A stretch of 64,000 nt of DNA. Origin: a virus. Positions 58,501 through 64,000 of the stretch are shown here, one piece after another. Every line of letters starts with the position of its first letter. Within the stretch, counting starts at the first letter, position 1. The translations under genes were made by a program, and so were the position numbers. Below the pieces are notes generated by a model. It saw only the letters and a program-made list of their open reading frames with translations. It had not been told where the DNA came from and ran no database searches. The stretch spans positions 1 to 64,000 of IMG/VR virus record IMGVR_UViG_3300025137_000020; one strand, 5' to 3'.

Positions 58501-61500
58501 GCTGGTATATGGATAAGCGCCAAAATACAATTTGCCATCGACCGCCTCATTAATTTTAAAAAATTGAATAAATCTGTAATCTTTAATCGCGGATTGGGTA
58601 GCTATAATCGGTGACTTGTATCCGCCGTTAGACCTTATGCCCTCTACTGCATTTTTACTCGCGGCCCATACTACATCAATGTCTCCAAAGGGTCCAGTTC
58701 TAAATTCTCTAACCGACTCAGCATCATCTTTACTAACACCATTCAAGCCAGTCCGATTCCATCGCCCAGTAACGCCATTCGCAGTAGTGTTAAAGTCACC
58801 GATACCCGGTCTCCACGGCAAATAGCTGGAAGATTTGAGTAGATTGGTTTCTACTTCAGGCGCAATATCCATTGAATGAACTCCGCTCAATTTAGAATCT
58901 TTCACTAAAGTGCCGACTGCAAATGTATTAGGATATGTTTTGTTTGAATCAGTTGCTGGTGTAGGAACTACTGGAAGTGAGCTATTAGCAATTTTATTAA
59001 ATCCAAAATTTGGGTCATGTTTTAAAATCGCATTGTTATAAACTGGTTTACCGTCAGCTCTTTCAATTTTTAAATTCTTAAATAGTGTACTAGGTACGTG
59101 TCCCTCTACTTTATTGGTAGTCGCGGGGCTGTAATGTCCAATAAGAACTATTCTAAACTTAGTTGAGGTTGGGTCAAACTTTGTAGACGAACGGCCAGTT
59201 TGATTTACGGGATATTTATTATATGAATATGGTGCGGTTCCAATTCGGGTATCAGCTCTGCGTGGATTAAATCCACTAAAGTTAGCAGTAAACGTTCTCG
59301 ACTGCCCTCCAGTTAGATTGACACCACCGGCTATTCCGTAATTAAAGATCTGCTGCTCGTCAGAGAAAATTCTATTACCAGCATCATCAATACTGCTAAC
59401 GCCGGCAAAAACCCTATTAGTTTTATCTGGCAATAAATTTTCAATCTCTAATGATATATTGTATGTAGCATCTTCATCAATAGGTATTTCTAAAGGAATT
59501 TCTAACCATTGAGAATTACCATATAATACTAATCCGCCAAAGGCTTCGTCGTAATCATACCCGCCATGGTCAGCTCCGGTTTGCGCGTAATCGTTATAAG
59601 CAGTCACATATGGTGACCAGTCGTATCCAGTGAAATCAATTTTACTGAGATACTTTGGATCGCTAGCTTCTAATTCGCTTCTGTGCTCCACCCAAGCACC
59701 ATTTATATATTCTGAAACAGCTCCATTTGCATTAATTCTTAATTTTTGATAGCCTGATGTGGGGTGAGCAATAACTACCGGATTACCCGTCAATACAGGT
59801 GTGTCAATACTAATTCTTTCTGTGCCGATGAATGGATAATGTTCACATTTATCTGATGTAGTATATCTCAGTGATAATGACGGACTCACTTGCTGAGCAT
59901 TGAGTGTCGACGTTAAAGTCGAGCTCGTCACTGTTTGAGACTTTTCAAATATTCTGTTATGCCTTTTGTCGTATACGATACATTGCGCAGTTCGCTTTCT
60001 GCTCCATGTAGTAGTCGAATTGCGATACTGAACACTGCCTTTGCTCTTTAACCATTCTCTTAAAAATGGTTCTCCTTGACTATTATTTCCTAATCTACAA
60101 GAAGATGCATCCTGAGTATATACAATAGCAATCTCATTAGCTGAAATATTATCTAAGTGATTTACTAACTGCGATTCGGCGGCTTCGCTTTCAATGGTAC
60201 TGTTGCCATACGTATCGTATGCTGCAGCCGAATAAGTTTTAGTAGTTGGATTGAATACTATTATGTTATGTCCGCGATTTACTTGGCCATAATTATATGT
60301 TGTAGCCGAACTGGTGGCTACTAATGTTGCGGAGCCAGATGCATTTTGAGTGGTAAGGTCTGGAAATATACCAGTACCTAGATTTGTGCCCGATAGCAAT
60401 GTATTACCATCAGCTCTAAGACGGGCAATGTGCCAAGTTCCGTGTGTCGCTCCAGTTACCACCTCAGAAATATTTTCTTTCTTTATAACGTAAGTAGAAT
60501 CACCGTCAGTGTGTCTGTAACTACCAAGCTTATTGGCAGAATATGCTCTATCAAAATCAGAGTTTGTTGCACTGCTTATTGTAATAGCCGACAATAAATC
60601 AAAAGTAGTACTAGGTCTTGCGACAGTTCTATCTGTAAAAGTAACGCCCCTAGCATACTCATCCTTTGAATCTAATTGTGTTCCCACAACTCTGAATACT
60701 GTATCTACAGCCTTTTGTTCTGCTGTAGCTGTTACGCCATTATCTGTAACCAATACGGAAACCTGTTTCTGACCATTTGGCAAATCATCAATTTGTTTAA
60801 TTGATAATTCTCTTTCGTAGCCATCTTGACCTGTCCATTTTGTACCAGCTACATATTTATCACTACCAGATTCCTTTAATTTAAAAGACAATTCAATTTC
60901 GGAATCTTTAGTAATCCTTGCGCCAGTACGTATACCGGTTCCATTACCATCTAAAGAAATATATTTGTCTTCGTATGCTAATGAATTAATACTGTTCAAA
61001 ATAGCGTTATTGGTGTGTCCTTTTAGCGTAAAGCCGGCTGAATCACCATTAGTATCGATACCACCGTCACCGATTTGTTTTATTCTTAGTCCACTGTCGT
61101 GGTCATAGAACGTATCTTTTTTGCTATTAAAGTTAGGTTGAGTCGTTTTGTAAAATGCTGAGAATTTCTCATATAGAATAATTTCTAACAATACATTAAA
61201 GAAGTATTCCAACCAACCCGGCTGCCATTTTGGTGAGTGTTGGCCCTTTGCGACAGTCTGTTGAATAGCAGAAAGCCATACGCGTACACCATCAGCAACA
61301 TTAATTCTTAATGGATCGCTATCTTTAGCTCGTCTAGATTCTAGTTCTAAGTACAACGCAGTAAAGAACTTTAAACCAGACGGGTGAATAAGTTTATTAT
61401 AATCAGTATCCCATCTATCAACAGATAGGTTTGTTCTGATTACATATGAAAATTCTTGAAAGTAATCGCTATCGTGAAGTTTATTTACATCAGATAAAAA

Positions 61501-63585
61501 TCCTTTTGTTCCGGCCCAAGATATTTTTCTAGGGTATGAACTTCCACTGGAAGAAAGCCCAAAATTAGTTTCTACTATCGGGCTGCTAGCACTTCCAAAC
61601 CCCTTTAACGCTGACGCGATAATCAGGTTCCGTCCCTTATTTGTAAAGTTAGTACTTCCATTATTATTAAAATCAATATCAATTATCTTGTTTAAGCCTG
61701 GTAATGACTTAGCGTTAACGTAATTTTTCAGCTCGGTGTCAGTACATACTCTATCATAAAAAGCAAACTGGTAAAAATATAATTCGCCATCTGGGTTTAA
61801 ACCCTTTTCGCCACTTGTACCTGTTGAACCACTATTATGGCAATACCCAAGCATCGATGGATATAGTGACATTTGATGATCGTTACGATCAATATTTCCG
61901 TTAGTTGTTGGCGTTATAGATTGCGGGCCGTTATCGGTCACGCCCGAATTTGTCATTGCAATTTTAACTACATCAAATGTAGTCATGATTCCGTTAGCTA
62001 TTGTTGATTCTACAGTAATAGCTAATCTAATTCTCTGTCTACCTAAATTTGCGGTTTCTTGGAATGGAAATGCGCCTACTCCCGTTACATAGTTGTTAAA
62101 TGTTTTACTAAAATCATTTTGATGATTACCAAACCGGCCAGCAATATTAAGATTATTGCTACCATCGATTTTAATAGAAACCCCACCGTCTTTACCTGCG
62201 TCTAGGCTTAGCTCATTTGCGCTTGCAAAATGAAGATTGCTCGCGGCGAAAAGCGGGGAGTATTTGTGTGCATTTTGCTGGTTAGAATTATATCCAGCGG
62301 GTGGAGTAGGGTCTTTTCTATAATTATTTCCAAATTTAAAATCGATAAAGTATGTTGCTTTATTAACTTGCGAGTATGCACCCTGTTGGTAAAAAGCAAT
62401 TCGTCTGTAATCCTCAAACCCCTTCTTATACCAGTATTTTTCTAGTGTTGAAGATTCATCTGCAGTACCTTGGTATATGCCATCAGATGGTTTAAACAAT
62501 ACCTCTTTTGGATAAAATATAGAAGCAATCTCGTCAAAAAAGATTTTAAAGAAAGATTCGAGTGAAGCTTCACTACCCCGTGTATTATAATATTCTACAA
62601 CCTTTTTATATAGTGAATTTCTATCTAAATTTTTAGCTTCGGGTATGCCTTTAGCAATTTCTTTTGATATTCTTCCAAGATAGTCATCTGTAGTTTTATC
62701 GATGTCGTGCTCTTCTAAAATTCTTTTTACCACATTAGTGGGTGAAGCAATAACATCACTGACTGTAAATATAGTAGTACCAAGAATATCAATTTCAATA
62801 ACATCATCAATCCTGTATCCTTGCCCTGGTTTATTAGGAAAAACTGATACCGTTTTTCCCGTATCAACTACGATGTCTAATGTTAGGCCGGATCCGTGTC
62901 CGCCTATAGTTGGAACATTAGAAAAATTAATTAAATCAGTTTTTGTCGGTGTAATCGCGGTGGTTAATGCAATAGGATTAATTGTCCCTTTTGAATACGC
63001 AGCTGACGTTGTGATGTCTGCAGTAATAGTCGATGCACTTACGTGCTCAGACCACAATACATTTTCTAAATTGTCAATTTTACTACCAATTGGGTCAACC
63101 AACCAATCTCTATCATAAAAATCATATTTAACTTTACCATCGAGTATTGATAGCATTACCCAAGTATCATTATAAGCAGTTCGACTAGAGTCGAGCCTCA
63201 TTATAAAATACTCTGGCTGAATAAGACCTCTATAAACTATAGTTCCTTTCGCTGATTGAGGAAAATTGCTCGCTACAATTTCTTCATCTGTCAATTTACC
63301 ATATTGCTGATTATAAGTCGACGGGACAAATGATTTTACATCAAGTCCAAGTCGTGCATCAGATTCTTTTAAATCTGCATATTGAAGTTCTTCGCCAGAG
63401 CCAGTATTAATAATACTAATTCCGTTAACGACCCCATCAATATTCATATAATCGTAATACTCTGTCAAAAGAGTAATAAGATTACTTGCATTACCTCTCA
63501 ATTGCTCGGGTATGAGCGATTCTACGCGAGAAGACTCGTTATTATGTGGCTGAATTGCAAATGATTCAATGGCTTCGTGTGACAT
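52552..63585 (-). CDS. gp7: Giant gp7-like baseplate wedge initiator with multi-domain adhesin-like extension
   Basis: SLIPEQLR...LLTEYYDYM, YYNTRGSEASLESFFKIFF, LFKPSDG, KGFLSD..KLHDSDYFQEFSYVIRT.....W......IHPSGLKFF; located between gp6 and gp8. Confidence 0.8.
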   Translation of the reverse strand: MSHEAIESFAIQPHNNESSRVESLIPEQLRGNASNLITLLTEYYDYMNIDGVVNGISIINTGSGEELQYADLKESDARLGLDVKSFVPSTYNQQYGKLTDEEIVASNFPQSAKGTIVYRGLIQPEYFIMRLDSSRTAYNDTWVMLSILDGKVKYDFYDRDWLVDPIGSKIDNLENVLWSEHVSASTITADITTSAAYSKGTINPIALTTAITPTKTDLINFSNVPTIGGHGSGLTLDIVVDTGKTVSVFPNKPGQGYRIDDVIEIDILGTTIFTVSDVIASPTNVVKRILEEHDIDKTTDDYLGRISKEIAKGIPEAKNLDRNSLYKKVVEYYNTRGSEASLESFFKIFFDEIASIFYPKEVLFKPSDGIYQGTADESSTLEKYWYKKGFEDYRRIAFYQQGAYSQVNKATYFIDFKFGNNYRKDPTPPAGYNSNQQNAHKYSPLFAASNLHFASANELSLDAGKDGGVSIKIDGSNNLNIAGRFGNHQNDFSKTFNNYVTGVGAFPFQETANLGRQRIRLAITVESTIANGIMTTFDVVKIAMTNSGVTDNGPQSITPTTNGNIDRNDHQMSLYPSMLGYCHNSGSTGTSGEKGLNPDGELYFYQFAFYDRVCTDTELKNYVNAKSLPGLNKIIDIDFNNNGSTNFTNKGRNLIIASALKGFGSASSPIVETNFGLSSSGSSYPRKISWAGTKGFLSDVNKLHDSDYFQEFSYVIRTNLSVDRWDTDYNKLIHPSGLKFFTALYLELESRRAKDSDPLRINVADGVRVWLSAIQQTVAKGQHSPKWQPGWLEYFFNVLLEIILYEKFSAFYKTTQPNFNSKKDTFYDHDSGLRIKQIGDGGIDTNGDSAGFTLKGHTNNAILNSINSLAYEDKYISLDGNGTGIRTGARITKDSEIELSFKLKESGSDKYVAGTKWTGQDGYERELSIKQIDDLPNGQKQVSVLVTDNGVTATAEQKAVDTVFRVVGTQLDSKDEYARGVTFTDRTVARPSTTFDLLSAITISSATNSDFDRAYSANKLGSYRHTDGDSTYVIKKENISEVVTGATHGTWHIARLRADGNTLLSGTNLGTGIFPDLTTQNASGSATLVATSSATTYNYGQVNRGHNIIVFNPTTKTYSAAAYDTYGNSTIESEAAESQLVNHLDNISANEIAIVYTQDASSCRLGNNSQGEPFLREWLKSKGSVQYRNSTTTWSRKRTAQCIVYDKRHNRIFEKSQTVTSSTLTSTLNAQQVSPSLSLRYTTSDKCEHYPFIGTERISIDTPVLTGNPVVIAHPTSGYQKLRINANGAVSEYINGAWVEHRSELEASDPKYLSKIDFTGYDWSPYVTAYNDYAQTGADHGGYDYDEAFGGLVLYGNSQWLEIPLEIPIDEDATYNISLEIENLLPDKTNRVFAGVSSIDDAGNRIFSDEQQIFNYGIAGGVNLTGGQSRTFTANFSGFNPRRADTRIGTAPYSYNKYPVNQTGRSSTKFDPTSTKFRIVLIGHYSPATTNKVEGHVPSTLFKNLKIERADGKPVYNNAILKHDPNFGFNKIANSSLPVVPTPATDSNKTYPNTFAVGTLVKDSKLSGVHSMDIAPEVETNLLKSSSYLPWRPGIGDFNTTANGVTGRWNRTGLNGVSKDDAESVREFRTGPFGDIDVVWAASKNAVEGIRSNGGYKSPIIATQSAIKDYRFIQFFKINEAVDGKLYFGAYPYTSTSSGVRGTVASKRNNTITTNNPYFFSFDLSSLPDGIEVGKWYMAVGYITKADGSNGTYNKNFFKRTEAESLSYNDYSDGGIYSVETKNKISSITIQEFSLGTDTNAVLIRSFLYRAITTGNEIEFARPRIDYLDENNEAPSVHSLLHNNVLPHQLSKYPTNIDVRDIYSTNKSDEEEVKYLITETDKVGISFDRLTSDSPAHNPIPATETSTDYTPLTYNGGIEVLELNNTISLGGDSAQALKATTPRSFRRTGAASRSALVGTISEHTLLTDGQFTITDKDGVDITSSFGSGLELAYRAGIGGSYGQIDLLTDITGFDEYDRFVIPNAEIGNLSGLSDITLIVDTVGNGEINTEHNALASNTHDRPLYLTRDVKFSTNEPVNKGELGAYVSDDFRWESDRAYEISFNATKINDKNIPANLFLSAGKIGKYFPIRRSSPSSCVGNPNADLGGTGHHGTGPHEFKFNSSLEGICRIYLYIGDAEGGYSFAHNGHQLRVDDTNADSISRTRTPVDYYKSTTAVRVVPDQNNQLNNITSESEFYSLFVFESEFLSIGENILQLYNRDSGDGISGSGGFVKVEPLDNGLIVEGANTHKLYIPADENDPKILIDHIVDRDQTRTGNSLAINTAIADLERLYEYNWKLENFKVREKRKRVYQGNFQCIVADAPDAGFIGRTNQHPNFYTEFYRPVDFSSIAATDGATKYGGTLIVPALENRTLDSADVGQEYHSSGNPYLGVPKGKYGALKYIASSSVLHYVSLGDESGGFGIGELYNPGEIYEVTGKIYIPSTNTKLEQIHVMAGINQRATDEISGQYVYDDTGNPLFSNLSGEFQIMTGDLAGYDAYGTEPVVVTEKGNWIPFTHKFIAPSVQQDPRPIVRFVTTLKDNALRGYAGYTGDASGEYFYIKDVNIKEGFDSDIVKGKDEIDERRETIIDLKDNVDYDISLNTLKTNDEACVAIDIKHPADTNFYNVKGDKNTNLGDFDLNALPIIESNLLAGNLPFTVGTGTNNNFEALGNPIAFNSGSNSPFRTTQENVQLEGVTPFGSTDVLWEARNKDGDWAKLSSIFLSGTGYVAGSGYTNGTYTNVEITDSPNDSDAVGVGAKATIVVSGGKPTSITITDGGVNYGKTTAAGVYETANILVKIKAGQTLTTSGTEFIGRANLVSGTINTSSGKVISFADGGFISPQVDVDTRKTYRMSVWVKASDVRYAAGVNPYDTTDGGIKVFRWKGLNDSGATLEAINITSGDEINTPTFIDDFDFGLNSTTTSSPDGNPLNENQWFLVVGHIRPFGHVGTTDHEDSGIYLPSTNPLKVRTLPASTSRGDWKFNSAMTKIQLTVLQNANPLDAEHPVQFYAPRIDEVNGLEPSIEELTSGKAKYKLGADDYEKKIQIINWKTPILNADEAISNYSHIIEGQDFSVTIDEIKNGIEYSDEINGSLISTGAPVETLIEIEIPASGGTNTNMIILPFQKDQSSNGHNISIDWGDGTSNQVDTSRDRDLYHVYTETASPQRFIIKVAGTYHKFNVGAINSSGPSAAVTGITAIQLTAARANFKTHLRKFYLGNSALVQGGSTSASLSLKGCTGLTDFISIKGISNTSNLTNLRTLFENCSSLRHIDVRGLDTTNVTTLNAAFKNIGSGVKLIGFHKLNLSSLSRATVGPEIDFAGTTFNSDELSRCYVSWANNAYFTLPTGTIEDATGTFGVAPTAKSSVFTFDRNQTAAASATFAIDGFRDGYTNTIADLNIGDVLTCTASTWPSGTITITNIDVPNSQITISSAPTGNLGNNVVIKRPYINGDTKLGVHTITGKSGNSMSSLSTGMVVTSTNANFPTGTVTIVSIGQSAIELSSPLTGDIGNGKSIIFKETTIRLAGAPTGTIVNGMRVTGTGRSGTFKVVDASDQQNPIVDIAVNPVSGNAVTFNDTDTSDIKFTMGSTKYFAGAQYDSPNDTTPTNIVSNARTLLVTAVSGGGKSIEITDGGVESGDFDF

Positions 63586-63591
63586 ATTTTA

Positions 63592-64000
63592 TTAATCTCG
63601 TGAGACTGTAGTATAACTAGCTAAACCAGAAGAACCAGCAATACTGATATTATCAATATCCCCTTGTATATTAGTTCTTTCCACGTCTATTTGTAAAATT
63701 TTCTTTCTTTGTGAAATGATATCATCGGCTGCCGGTCTAACTTCTACTCGTAATGATTCGTTAACATCATTCTGTAAATCTGATAAATCGACTAAACCTG
63801 TATTAGGATAAAGATAACCGACATTTGCATTAATAATAACAACTCGACCAGTGGAGTCTATTTGGTACGCATAGATTTGTCGTTTTTCGCTATCACCTGG
63901 AATGTGTTTATCCGCAAGAATTGCTTCCTTTCCTCCAATTATAATTGAAGACGTTGCAATCATTGATTCAGACTGGTCTAGCTTTCCATCGATAGTAAAT
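63592..64000 (-). CDS. gp6: Baseplate wedge subunit, C-terminal part (5' end outside window)
   Basis: Frame is open to the window edge. NVGYLYPNTGLVDL and PAADDIISQRKKILQID match the gp6 C-terminus; upstream of gp7. Confidence 0.8.
   Translation of the reverse strand, partial: FTIDGKLDQSESMIATSSIIIGGKEAILADKHIPGDSEKRQIYAYQIDSTGRVVIINANVGYLYPNTGLVDLSDLQNDVNESLRVEVRPAADDIISQRKKILQIDVERTNIQGDIDNISIAGSSGLASYTTVSRD

Noticed and set aside
1-64000. Stop-codon reassignment, introns/inteins, tRNA genes
   Set aside because: Core genes are intact under code 11 with TAA, TAG and TGA all used as stops. gp17, gp20 and gp46 have ordinary lengths. Intergenic gaps are short and show no cloverleaf motifs.

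Overview
A 64-kb segment of a large T4-like myovirus genome with the cyanophage/pelagiphage-type gene layout. It is AT-rich, uses the standard genetic code and is coded almost entirely on the minus strand. In transcription order (right to left): baseplate genes (gp6 truncated, a giant 3677-aa gp7-like protein, gp8), a DUF4815/VrlC-like virion protein, a long tail fibre and a Gly-rich protein, then neck/terminase/tail/head genes (gp13-gp23, gp3). These are followed by a methyltransferase, uvsY and uvsW, an inverted two-gene structural cassette, gp55-gp47-gp46, and an early-gene island with two copies of a promoter cassette. The window ends in an ~11-kb late cluster of predicted head-packaged proteins. 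Most notable: (1) the cargo cluster has T4-like capsid-targeting N-termini and repeated prohead-protease-like linkers, and includes a polyprotein of tandem mini-proteins, a KxDG ligase-like enzyme and a HxGH nucleotidyltransferase fused to a P-loop kinase; (2) a recurring [D/N]-S-P tripeptide in loops of outer virion proteins, a candidate virion-modification sequon; (3) many apparently leaderless mRNAs, a duplicated early promoter cassette with fixed upstream boxes, and an antisense sigma70-type promoter. I saw no tRNA, rRNA, CRISPR array, integrase or reverse transcriptase. Family/DUF names come from motif recognition from memory, not from database searches, and all counts are manual.
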